Positions 1 through 9,600 of a stretch of DNA of 64,000 nucleotides are shown piece by piece. The DNA lies in assembly GCA_016187395.1 (NCBI GenBank), contig JACPJV010000033.1:2151-66150 (forward strand), given 5' to 3'. The notes beneath the pieces were generated by a model, which had not been told where the DNA came from, searched no databases, and saw only the letters and a list, made by a program, of their open reading frames with translations. Each line of letters starts with the position of its first letter. Position 1 is the stretch's first letter. This DNA is from Candidatus Aenigmatarchaeota archaeon (lineage in GTDB: Archaea; Aenigmatarchaeota; Aenigmatarchaeia; GW2011-AR5; JACRAC01). Made by a program: the position numbers and the translations under genes.

Positions 1-110
1 CGAAAGAACTCCAATTAAAACCTCTGACGTTAGTCAGAGGATAAAAATACTGAGTTCTTTCGAGATGCTTTGCTTCAAGACCCAGCAGGCCTTCGGCCTG
101 CGTGGCATAT
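1..110 (+). repeat. S2 structured element, copy A (nested stems plus second hairpin; 5' end may be cut by the window edge)
   Basis: A 10-bp outer stem gaaagaactc(2-11)/gagttctttc(52-61) encloses the hairpin cctctgac-gtta-gtcagagg. The conserved linker gagatgctttgcttcaaga follows, then a second hairpin at about 82-105. The same architecture occurs at 14521-14621(-), 21909-22016 and 43522-43628. Confidence 0.6.
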
Positions 111-224
111 GGAAGCAAATCATTTACGACGAAGCCCCCACTTGACATCTTCCTTTATTGCTTCAGCAACTCTTTTAGCTCTAGAAGTTTTGGATTTCAT
201 GTTATTACAAATATGGCATAAATT

Positions 225-424
225 TATAGTGAAACCACAAATGAAACGGAACATGACATTTGTGCTTTCCCATACAAGGAGGAACGAAGTTCCTCCTGTA
301 CATGATGAACCGAAGGTTCATCAGTACTGGAAAACTTTCAGTTTTCCATGTACAGCAGAAGCTTCGCTTCTGCTTGTATAGCAAACCACCTATGATGTAC
401 CGTTTATTTAGTTGGTTTGCTATA
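225..424 (+). mobile_element. TA-bracketed double-hairpin (MITE-like) element, copy 1, with a nested 104-nt hairpin array at 275-378
   Basis: The termini tatagtgaaacc...ggtttgctata match the copies at 20120-20216(-), 53017-53112 and 61609-61704(-). In this copy the two halves are separated by four consecutive 8-13 bp hairpins. Confidence 0.55.
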
Positions 425-446
425 AAGTAGTAAAAAAGTTTGAAGT

Positions 447-1205
447 TCATTTATTCGCATCTTCAAAATCCCCAGGTGGTATGCACGAGCATTCTACGAC
501 ATCTTTCACAGGGCTTTTCATCTCATACGGCATGATAAGCCTCTGGCACAAATAAATGACAAAATGGTGCATGTCCTGCCTAGCCACCTGGCAATAATCA
601 TCGCACTCATCCCGCCATGTAGCAAGCAGCCTGTCTTTGTCGTCAAACCTAATTTCAACTACCCGCCTGCTTATTATCCTGTTCCTCTTTAGCGCATCCA
701 CCCACTCAAGCTCAAGCTTCCGCCTCTTTTCGTAAGGCAGATGGTCAAGAGCCCTATGCATCCTTTCATGGTCATGGATAAGTTCAGACCTGCCTGATTC
801 AGACATGATAATATGATCGTCTCCTGTAAGAATGCCAGTCAGGCGCTCCGCTGACCCCATCGAATAGTTTTCCAAATAGGTTAATTCCTCAAAAATTCTT
901 CTGCTCCATTCAAAATAATCGCCGTCCCAGACACGAACATCAGGATTATAATAAGCCACTGCGTTTGCAGGGAAATTGGGATTTTTGTGTTTGAAGACCT
1001 CCCTGTAATTCCCTGTGGATATCTCGAAAATTTCGTCAGGAACCACAAAGTCCCTTTCGCCCACCTGCACAAAGCCCTTTTTCTGAACCTCGTTTCTCAA
1101 GTACGCTTCGTATATTGAATGCAGAAACGGCGCCTGCGCATGGGCAGGCATAGAGATGGCAGAAGCAAGAAAGAGCGGCAGAGCAAGCCTGCGAATCCAC
1201 ACCAT
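447..1205 (-). CDS. secreted hypothetical protein
   Basis: 252-aa ORF with an N-terminal signal-like segment (LALPLFLASAISMPAHA). No family recognised. Confidence 0.6.
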   Translation of the reverse strand: MVWIRRLALPLFLASAISMPAHAQAPFLHSIYEAYLRNEVQKKGFVQVGERDFVVPDEIFEISTGNYREVFKHKNPNFPANAVAYYNPDVRVWDGDYFEWSRRIFEELTYLENYSMGSAERLTGILTGDDHIIMSESGRSELIHDHERMHRALDHLPYEKRRKLELEWVDALKRNRIISRRVVEIRFDDKDRLLATWRDECDDYCQVARQDMHHFVIYLCQRLIMPYEMKSPVKDVVECSCIPPGDFEDANK

Positions 1206-1297
1206 GTCATATTATATGAATGCAAGGATAAATTTCTGACAGCAAGAACGCTTCAACACACTTATATTTTTCAGGCGCGAATTAGGGAGGTGGTTTT

Positions 1298-1759
1298 ATG
1301 GGGATTTTCGATGAAGTCGAGTTCAGGAGATACTGCCCAAAATGCGAGGCAGTCACCGCATGGACAGCCCAGTTCAAGTGGGAGCACAACTGCCTTCATA
1401 GATTCAAAGAAGGCGATAGATTGCAGAAGGCATTCAGGCACATGAAGAAAGCCTTCAGGGACAGGTATGGAAGTCTGGGAAGAATGTCATTTGTTTATAA
1501 CAAAGCCCCGGCTTCCTGCACCATTTGCGAAAAGAAATTCCGTGCCGTTATGGAAACTGTGGCAGGGAAATGGCTGAAAGGAAATGAAGACTTGGCAAAG
1601 AGAGTGGATAGCATTGACAGGATAATGGAATCGCTGCACCTTACTCACAAGAACCTTGTGAAGTGGGACGTAGATGTAATCGTGAGAAAAGGCAGGATAA
1701 AGGTCAGTTACAAGGAAATACCAAAATCCTGGCGAAAGAGAATCGAAGGAGCGGAATGA
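1298..1759 (+). CDS. hypothetical protein with two CxxC pairs
   Basis: 153-aa ORF with CPKC and CTIC motifs, which suggest a zinc-binding module. Confidence 0.5.
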   Translation: MGIFDEVEFRRYCPKCEAVTAWTAQFKWEHNCLHRFKEGDRLQKAFRHMKKAFRDRYGSLGRMSFVYNKAPASCTICEKKFRAVMETVAGKWLKGNEDLAKRVDSIDRIMESLHLTHKNLVKWDVDVIVRKGRIKVSYKEIPKSWRKRIEGAE

Positions 1760-1966
1760 GGGAGTGAACAAAGGTTATACATTTAGCTAACCCAGGTTTA
1801 TCATGAAAATACCGCTTGCTTTGAGGCCGAAAACATCCAGGCACAGGGAGATAGCGAAAGCCCAGCTATAGGTTCAGTTCTCTATGTTCTCTTATTTAAA
1901 TAATTAAGAGAACACGCGATTCGAAACCTTTAAAAGCTTTTTGCCACTATTTAGTAGGGATAAAAG

Positions 1967-2377
1967 GTGACATTTGTGAAAGGAATTAAGAGATTGTTGG
2001 CAGCAGCGGCATTGCCGCTGGTTCTGGCTGGATGCGGGAGAGAACCAATGGAAGTAAGAACTTTTACTCAGGGTCCAGGTATATTTGACATTGAAAAGGT
2101 TGAACGTTATGAAGATAGAATAGAGGTAGTAAGAACAGGTCCGGGTTTAACATTCGATGCACAATGCGAAACTCACGATACTCACACTTTTTATCCATGT
2201 GACAGAAGATGGATAGATAAAAAACCCTATGGTTCATTGGATTATTGGAAAACAGAATGTCCGCTTGATTATGGTGCTTATGAGAGGAGTGGACAGGCAG
2301 ATAGCTATATGCAAGGAAAATACGAAGAAGATATAGCTCTTCTAAAGGCACAAGGCTGGAATTTTCCAGGTGAATAA
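1967..2377 (+). CDS. putative lipoprotein (paralog 1)
   Basis: Lipobox-like LPLVLAGC near the N-terminus. The track start is GTG; a GTG at 1976 is an alternative. The protein ends in FPGE. Confidence 0.6.
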   Translation: MTFVKGIKRLLAAAALPLVLAGCGREPMEVRTFTQGPGIFDIEKVERYEDRIEVVRTGPGLTFDAQCETHDTHTFYPCDRRWIDKKPYGSLDYWKTECPLDYGAYERSGQADSYMQGKYEEDIALLKAQGWNFPGE

Positions 2378-2378
2378 T

Positions 2379-2759
2379 ATGAGAAAAATATTAGCGACTT
2401 TGGCATTGCCACTTGTTTTGGCAGGATGCGGAGGAACACAGAAGCAGGATATTGTACGAACTGAATATTTCGGAAATATGGAAGTAACTAGATATTCCGA
2501 CCGCATAGAAATCCGTGCCCCTATTATTGTAAGACCGTTGGGAGGGGAGGAAAGAGTAAGCGGCTACACTATTTTGAGTGATACGCGACCTTTCGGGCGG
2601 TACAACCCTGAAGACAAGGGGTGGTTCGTGTGGACGGAAGGGACTTCCAGAGAAACGGCTAAAGTTGAAGACGAGCTTGACAGCAAAACGGTTGAGGAAG
2701 GTATGGAAAGTACAGTTCGTATCTTAAGGTCAAACGGTTACGACTATCCAGGTGAATAA
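2379..2759 (+). CDS. putative lipoprotein (paralog 2)
   Basis: MRKILATLALPLVLAGCGG carries the same lipobox as the upstream gene, and the protein ends in YPGE. The ATG at 2379 sits just after the upstream stop and is preceded by aggtga. Confidence 0.6.
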   Translation: MRKILATLALPLVLAGCGGTQKQDIVRTEYFGNMEVTRYSDRIEIRAPIIVRPLGGEERVSGYTILSDTRPFGRYNPEDKGWFVWTEGTSRETAKVEDELDSKTVEEGMESTVRILRSNGYDYPGE

Positions 2760-2761
2760 TC

Positions 2762-3886
2762 ATGGCAGAAAGCGAATTCATGTACGGCCTTGTCGGAGGC
2801 TTGATGATTTTAGGACTGCTTCTGCTCGTATTCAACACGACATGGGCGATGTCCTTTGATGGAGATGGTAATGACGCTGGAGAGGCGCAAAAAGGGCTTG
2901 TAGTGGTTATAAACGGCAGACCTGTGCTTATTCCTGCCGGGGATGATCAGCGTGTTGTAGCTGTTGCGCCAGGCGACAATGAAGTAGGCACACGCTTTGA
3001 AGATTCTTCTATATTCTCAATTCTAGGCAGCTTTGACATAAGCTCAGAGCCTGAAATGCTCAGCTTTCCGGGAGGCACGCTGAAGAACGGCTTGCTGTTC
3101 GGTGAGGAAAGCATGCGCTTTGTTGCAGAGAATCCAAGAAAGATTCGCGTCTTTATAACAAACGAGAATGATATAGGAGATTTTATAATGCTTGTAAATG
3201 GCAATGTTTTTGTGAAAGAGCGGCTTGCAGCAGGAATCCATGAATTTTTGCTTTCAGAGAGCGGTGAAACGCAGATAGAGCTGCGTGCAGAGTCAAGCGA
3301 ATGGAAGATATGGGCGCCTACGCTCTACGAAATAGCAAGCGTAGAAATTCAGAACACAAAAAGCGCAGATTATTTCACATTCAGCGCAGACCCGGAAAGA
3401 TTTCACAGAGGCACGCTGGAGTTTGATTTTTCAGAGAACTCGGGCACTATTGACGTAGAGCTGAACGGCCAGGCTGTGTACAGAGGAGCAACAGGCCAGA
3501 GGCTTGTCGTGCCTCTGAACAGTGTACCGGCGCAGAATACCGCGGTGATAAGGGCTCTGGACGGAGAATTCAGGGGCACAGCTTCTGCTTTGGAGATCGA
3601 CAGGGACAAGTTTGTGAAAACCTTCGACATCGAATACAGCGTAGAAGATAAGGCAAGAATGCCGGGATGGATAGCCTTTGATCTTATAGTATTGCAGCCA
3701 GGATCCCTGGTTGTAAGAAATATTCACAAAAACGGAGAATCCCTCATAACAGCAGAAGCCGCAACCAGCGGCTTTCACCTGTTGCAGTTGCGTGGAGAGC
3801 ACGTATCTGAAGGCGTAAACAAGCTTGTTTTCGAAGGCGCTGGGGATGGCTTATTCTTAATCAGAGATCTGCACGTTGTGGATTAG
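2762..3886 (+). CDS. membrane-anchored hypothetical protein
   Basis: 374-aa ORF with one N-terminal hydrophobic helix (LVGGLMILGLLLLVF). Its start is preceded by the same ccaggtgaataat junction found between the two lipoprotein genes. Confidence 0.65.
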   Translation: MAESEFMYGLVGGLMILGLLLLVFNTTWAMSFDGDGNDAGEAQKGLVVVINGRPVLIPAGDDQRVVAVAPGDNEVGTRFEDSSIFSILGSFDISSEPEMLSFPGGTLKNGLLFGEESMRFVAENPRKIRVFITNENDIGDFIMLVNGNVFVKERLAAGIHEFLLSESGETQIELRAESSEWKIWAPTLYEIASVEIQNTKSADYFTFSADPERFHRGTLEFDFSENSGTIDVELNGQAVYRGATGQRLVVPLNSVPAQNTAVIRALDGEFRGTASALEIDRDKFVKTFDIEYSVEDKARMPGWIAFDLIVLQPGSLVVRNIHKNGESLITAEAATSGFHLLQLRGEHVSEGVNKLVFEGAGDGLFLIRDLHVVD

Positions 3887-3963
3887 GTGATTTTACGGAC
3901 ACTTATCAGAACAATTATTGGAAGCTTGTAGAACTGGAAAGAAAAGCAAATTCATCAGACGAA

Positions 3964-4278
3964 GTGCCTAGCGAAACAACGTTGGCATGGCATTGCGGCC
4001 TTGATCAAGAAAGAGCAGAATTAGTGAGAGAACACGTAGAATATTGTGCAAAAAGATTCAGGAGTATCGGAAACGGAGTGATAAATGTTCTTCCAGTGCT
4101 TGGAGCAATTGCAGGGGTGTCCTTTGCAGAAAATCCGGTTGTTGGAGCGCTTTCAGGTTTTGGAATCGGCATTGTGGCTAGATCATTTCTGGGAGCAATT
4201 ATCTACACCTCCTCTACAAGACAAAGCAGAAACAGCACTTTAAACAAAATACCATATGAGATGAAAAGCCTGATTTGA
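3964..4278 (+). CDS. small membrane protein, hypothetical
   Basis: 104-aa ORF with a GTG start and Gly/Ala-rich hydrophobic segments. Confidence 0.4.
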   Translation: MPSETTLAWHCGLDQERAELVREHVEYCAKRFRSIGNGVINVLPVLGAIAGVSFAENPVVGALSGFGIGIVARSFLGAIIYTSSTRQSRNSTLNKIPYEMKSLI

Positions 4279-4286
4279 TACTGATG

Positions 4287-5288
4287 CTATTTCGCAAATC
4301 CCTTCAGAAATTCCCCGAGATTTCCCAGGCCAGGTATTTCTATCCTGTTTAAGTTAGTTCCCTGAGGAATGTATTTCATTCCAAGGAATACTCCCAGCGC
4401 CTGGGCTCTTTGATCCTGAGTAAGCTTGTCGCCAACGCCCTCCAGAAATCTCTCAACGTTTTCTTTTACGCCCTTTGCATCAGCTTCTGCTTTGGTGAAA
4501 GCAGTATATGCATCTGCATCGGCCAGAACCCTCCTGGCAGCAGCCTCCTGCTCAGCCTGGAACCTTCTTGACAGCGCTGCCTCGTCTTCCTCTGCAAGGT
4601 TGATTATTATTCTTGGAGCCTCTATGCGCAGGTTCAATTCTCTTGCCAGTTCTCTGTTCAGCTCAGGGAGTTTCTCTCTCACTTCCCTGGGTAGTTGTTC
4701 CTTCCCGTCCATAACGTCGTAATTCTTCGCCATTGCATTCACATGTTCAATGAACCTGTCTTCAGCAGAAGGAACAGCCTGCGATTCTCCGGTTTCCGTC
4801 TCTCCAAAATCCCTTGTAAAGCCCACCAGGAATCGCTGCAAGTCAGGATCGTCATCAATCACGTCTCTCGGAATGTCAGTAAGATTATAGACCTCTTTTG
4901 CACTGTCCCTCGCATACGCCTGATATCGGGGATTGCCTCTAAGAACTTTTCGCGCATCAAGGCGCAGGAACAGGCTTATGTCCATAGTAGCCCTTCCCAA
5001 TCCCTTGAACTCCACCTCTGCATCCTGCTTCTCTCTCCTTGCAGCCGCAAGATTCACTATGTAACCTGTGTCATTGATTGTTTTTACATAGATAATCTTC
5101 CCTCTGGAAGCTGCCGAGTATCGCTTTGTCCATGAATTATAAGATATAGCCACGTGCGTATCAGGAACCTCTCTGATTCCTACCCACTCTACCATGCCCC
5201 TGGCTTTGCTTCGCTGTCCATTTACTTCATCCAGCCTATATTTAGTAACAATCTGGTCTTCTTTCAGCACACCCAGCCTATGAACCAT
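4287..5288 (-). CDS. hypothetical protein with an Ala/Glu-rich coiled-coil C-terminal half
   Basis: 333-aa ORF. The C-terminal AEQEAAARRVLADADAYTAFTKAEADAKG stretch is faintly reminiscent of SPFH/flotillin tails. The family is not established. Confidence 0.6.
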   Translation of the reverse strand: MVHRLGVLKEDQIVTKYRLDEVNGQRSKARGMVEWVGIREVPDTHVAISYNSWTKRYSAASRGKIIYVKTINDTGYIVNLAAARREKQDAEVEFKGLGRATMDISLFLRLDARKVLRGNPRYQAYARDSAKEVYNLTDIPRDVIDDDPDLQRFLVGFTRDFGETETGESQAVPSAEDRFIEHVNAMAKNYDVMDGKEQLPREVREKLPELNRELARELNLRIEAPRIIINLAEEDEAALSRRFQAEQEAAARRVLADADAYTAFTKAEADAKGVKENVERFLEGVGDKLTQDQRAQALGVFLGMKYIPQGTNLNRIEIPGLGNLGEFLKGFAK

Positions 5289-5784
5289 TGTAACTACCTT
5301 TCAGTATTAACAATAGCAAAGTATTAAAGCCTTTGCATAGCTCACGTTTCTGTCATCCCGGCGGTGTGCCAAAACTAACCTTTCTATATTTTACAAAACA
5401 TTAAGGCGGAAAATCGAAGCCTTCTGCGTGTTTGTCAAATCTTGGTATGCTAACAAACGCATTTGACACCGTTTCTAAATAGGAATAGAAGGCTTTTTAC
5501 ATAGTCTGCTACTGAATGTATCTTTCGAGGTATATCCCGTAATCTAATGATTTCTCTCCAGACCGAATCGAAGCTGTTCATTTTTCCCGAACGTTACGTT
5601 TATGAAAAGTGAACAAGAACAAGCTGGCAAATGCACGGGAAGAGAACATCAGGAACAGAGCGAAGCTGAGAAGAAACGGCATGCTGATTGCAGACCTAAG
5701 TTCATACCCTCGAAAGGGCACCGGCTTTGCTGTGACATAGAAACGTATTAATACATTCTGGAGAAAATAGCAGTAGGTGTTCAG

Positions 5785-6006
5785 ATGCGAATGAATTCAA
5801 GGTTGGATGCAGTTGAAAAGAAAATAGAAGGACTTAAGATAAGCTCGGTGAAAGAAGGAGCAAGAAATAATTTTATCAAGGCTGCCGGAAGCTGGAAGGA
5901 TGTTGACACAGAAAAGCTGAAAAGGGACATTTACGAATCAAGGAAAAAAGCTTTTAATAATGTTGTCCATAATGATGCATATGAAACATGGAAGAAAGTT
6001 GTTTGA
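5785..6006 (+). CDS. small charged protein, possible antitoxin-like
   Basis: 73-aa ORF with an AGSWKDVDTEKLKRDIYESRKK motif resembling small archaeal antitoxin tails. It is convergent with the PIN gene, so it is not an operon partner. Confidence 0.35.
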   Translation: MRMNSRLDAVEKKIEGLKISSVKEGARNNFIKAAGSWKDVDTEKLKRDIYESRKKAFNNVVHNDAYETWKKVV

Positions 6007-6079
6007 CGATCCCGAATTGGACAAGTTAGTGAAAGAAATCAGGCGCAGGCATATAGTGGATAAGGTTAATTACAAGAAA

Positions 6080-6520
6080 CTATAAATCTCCAGGGTGTAT
6101 TATTTTTACCTTGAATTCGTTCTCCAGTCTCACATTTTCGAGCAATTTTTTGTCGAAGGTTACAAACGTATCCCCATTGTCTTGGATGCAGTTCGCAAGA
6201 TGAATCGCATCTGTATCTTCGACTCTGGAATCCGTCTCTTTTATTCCGTCGACTAATCTGATGCTGTCATGCCTTAAGGCGGAAAATCTTATTTTTCTCC
6301 TTTTTATCAGATTGTCCATAAAACTGAAGAGAAGATGCCTTTCTTCAGATTTTTCTACATCCCTAAATGTCACCATGAAGAACTCTCCTATTACTGAAAG
6401 CGGTGCTATACCTCTATACTTATACCCGACTCTGTTCAGGTAATCTGAGCACTGATTCCCCAATCCGGTGTCTTTGTTGGCTTCAAAAAGTATGCCTGTA
6501 TCGATAAAATGCAGCGGCAA
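6080..6520 (-). CDS. PIN-domain protein (VapC-like)
   Basis: TTG start preceded by aggaggt. The acidic positions fit a PIN fold (FIDTGIL, ..E.., DTDAIHLA, TFD). Confidence 0.7.
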   Translation of the reverse strand: MPLHFIDTGILFEANKDTGLGNQCSDYLNRVGYKYRGIAPLSVIGEFFMVTFRDVEKSEERHLLFSFMDNLIKRRKIRFSALRHDSIRLVDGIKETDSRVEDTDAIHLANCIQDNGDTFVTFDKKLLENVRLENEFKVKIIHPGDL

Positions 6521-6658
6521 CCTTTCGAACCTCCTTTATATCTTTTCCATGATTTTTGGTTTCATTGAAATATGTTATTTTATGCGGGTTAAAAAGTAGT
6601 GGACAAACCTTGCATTCTTTTTCTAACCTATTTATTGCGCCTTTCGTCTAATTAATTG

Positions 6659-9600
6659 ATGGCGACAACGGGAGACAAAGATAGAGAGCGCTCTCGACTT
6701 TTGGCTGAATTGCATAAAAAATTCCCTCACCTGAAAGAGGAGATTAACAAGGCAAAAAATGCAATATTCCGCGCCCATGCGCTTGCAAAAAGGCACAGAA
6801 AAAACCCGCACAGGGCGCGGCACGAAATCGGCTACATGGTCCAGTCAGGCCTTCTGCCCGCGCAGATAGCCAGGCATTTTTTAGAGATGTTATTAGAACC
6901 TTGGGAACCTGCCGGCGAGAATATAGATGTAGAACTTCCTTTGAAGGCAACGAGGCAGGCAAGGGAAGGCGGAGGTGGCGGGAGCAGGCTTGGAACATCA
7001 GAACAGGAAATAGAAAATGTATGGAACAGACTCCTTCCGCTCAGAGGCGAAGATATAGTTAAAAAAGAGTTGAGAAGGCTAAAAAGAGACTACCACCCTG
7101 ATGGATACCCGAACCCGGCAGACAAAATTATCGGAGAGATTGTATTCAAGGAAATCGGAAGAATAGAAAGTCTTCTCAAGTCTTTATTATGGGTGCCTAC
7201 AGTTGCGTATTCTAAATATTACAATTTCACAAGAAGTCCGTTTGGCGCAACCGAGCCTTCTCCTGAAGAAGCCGAAGAACCACAGGCTGCTCCTGCAGCC
7301 GCAGCAGCTGGCGCAGGAACTGGTGGTGGCGCAGGCGCCCCGCCACAACCACCGCCAGGCCCAGCCGCTGCCGGCGGAGGGGCAGGCGGCGGACGCAGGA
7401 GATGGAAATGGGGATTTGGAAGGCGGGCTGCGGCAGCCGCCGGTGCTGCCGCCGCAGGCGCTGCTGCCGGCGCTGCAGCAGGCGGCACCGCAGGAGGAGC
7501 AGCAGGAGCAGGCGGCGCAGGCCAGCAGGCGCCACCTCCAGGCAGGTCCAATTTCAGTGGCATTGTCTATGTAAGATCGCCGCGCTGGGCGACCAGAGAG
7601 GCAGGGAAAGGATACCCTGAGCAGGCGCCAGCTGCTCGCACGAGGCGCTTTGCATTCGGAACAAGAAGGCTTCCGGGCGCATCTGTGGAATGCAAGGGAA
7701 GACGCGCAGAGACAAATGTATTGGGACAGTTTGCATTCTATAATCTTCCGCCCGGCGCAGCAGAAGCAAAGATAAAATACGGAGACTACGAGAAAAGTTT
7801 CAGCGTAACCCTGACTCCTGGAGAGAACTTCAGGGAATTTGTTCTGGACATGTCTCCGGAATATGCCGAGGCAGGGCTGAAGATAGAAAGGTCCAGGAAA
7901 TTCATGAAGGCGCGCAGCAAGCTTGCACCGCGAATGCCCATTGCAGTTTTTGCCTCGCGAATAAGAAAGGCATTGTTCGCAGAAGGAAAAAAATTTTATT
8001 TAGACAAGAAAAAAGAGCTTGACAGCCTGATAAAGCAGGAAAAAGACGACAAAGATATGCTCGAAGGAGCCCTTGACGCAATGGATGCAGAGATAGAAGG
8101 CGAAAATAGAGAAAAATTCAGACAAAACAGGGAAAAGATAATGTCAGGGGCAATAGGCGCAGCAGCCGGCGCAGGCGAAGAAGGAGCTGCAGTCGGCAAA
8201 CTTTTAGAGGCTCTTTCCAAGGTGTCGCAGAACAGGGAGAATAGAGCAAAAACCCAAAGGCTTATAAACAACGTAGAATTCTGGCAGAAAACACTTCTTC
8301 AGAGAAGAAAAGGGATAGAAGGAATTGCAGACAAATTCGAGGACCAGGTAGAGAAGCACCTTAATGAATTCATGGAAGGGCTTGTGGGAGAGGTTGCAGG
8401 AGAGTACGGCAGGGAATACAATCCACAGGACGTTGAGAATTTGAAATTATGGATGAAGAAGTATGTCGCACTATACTCAAGGCATTACACAAAGCTTTTC
8501 AAGACAGGCAAGGGAATGCTGCGTTTCAAGGCTTTCGCTGGCCAGGGATTTCTTGGCGCAGGTGCCTACGGCATGGGCGCTCGTGAAATGCTCAATACGA
8601 TCGTCAAGGACTGGTGGGGCGTCTGGTTGTGGCCTCTGCTTAACTTATTCGTCCCTCCGCTTGGCTGGATCGTTCTTATCATATGGGCGATAATGAAGAT
8701 ACCTCTTGCGTCATCAGTGGTAGTGCTGTGGCTGCAGGTCGGCTTCCTTGTCGGCGGCACCATATTGGGATTAGCCTCGCTGCCGGGTTATACAGCAGCA
8801 GCCACGCTGACGCAGCTGCTGATTTTAGGGTTCATAGGAGGCGTGCTCAACTGGATTCTTAACATGCGGACGCAGGTTTCAGTAGGCCCTCTTTTTGAGG
8901 GCACACCATTCGGGACAATACTGCAGCAGTTTAGCCACATCACCGCAGGCGCCATGATATTCATTGGAGTCGGCATCTTCACAATGAGCCTGCAGCTTGG
9001 CCTTCCTGGCGTGGAGGGAATAGCGCTTATGGCAGGTGTTATATTATTATTCGCATTCCTCCTGCCGCCTGAGTATCTCTCTATGCTCATCATCGTTTTC
9101 ATAGTAATGGCAGGATTTTTCCCTGCGCTCGGCGGCGCAGCTACTGCAGTCTATGGAATCTTCGTAATAATGGGCATGACAAACTTCTATCCTGTGAGCG
9201 GTCTCGGCGGCATGAACGTAATTGCGCTTGCGGTTCTTGTTTTTGGTTATTTTGCACTTGGTCCTTACAGCGCCTTTGTGATAGATGCAATGAGCCAGAT
9301 CAAAGCGCCTATAACCTTTGCAGTAAACCAGGCAAAGGTCGCATTTAGTGACGTCTGGCTTTTGCTAACAAATCCTACAGCTTATTATCAGTCCCAGCAG
9401 TTCCGGCAGGTGAGGGCAGAGAGGCCTATCAGCTTTCCAGAAGGCGTGGAGATCACGCGTCTGGACGCAGTGCCGGACGGCACCGTGCCTGCAGGACAAC
9501 CCTTTGTCGTTTTTGCAGTCGTTGAAAACAGGGGAGACCAGGTTGCAGAGAACGTGCGGGTAACCGCGCAGTGCTCGCCAGGAACTCCTGCAAGCGCCAA

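Noticed and set aside
70-450. Track ORFs 70-381(+) and 205-450(-) as coding genes.
   Set aside because: Both lie entirely within the S2 and MITE-like repeats and the nested hairpin array. Their open frames are explained by repeat structure.
4287-5288. An SPFH/flotillin assignment for the 333-aa protein.
   Set aside because: Only the Ala/Glu-rich C-terminal tail is reminiscent of that family. The N-terminal half shows none of the SPFH core pattern I can recall, so it is left as hypothetical.
7203-7620. Overlapping ORFs on both strands (7203-7574, 7219-7563, 7227-7535, 7402-7620) inside the giant gene.
   Set aside because: These are artefacts of the GC-rich low-complexity tract. Only the long frame is continuous with flanking domain-like sequence.
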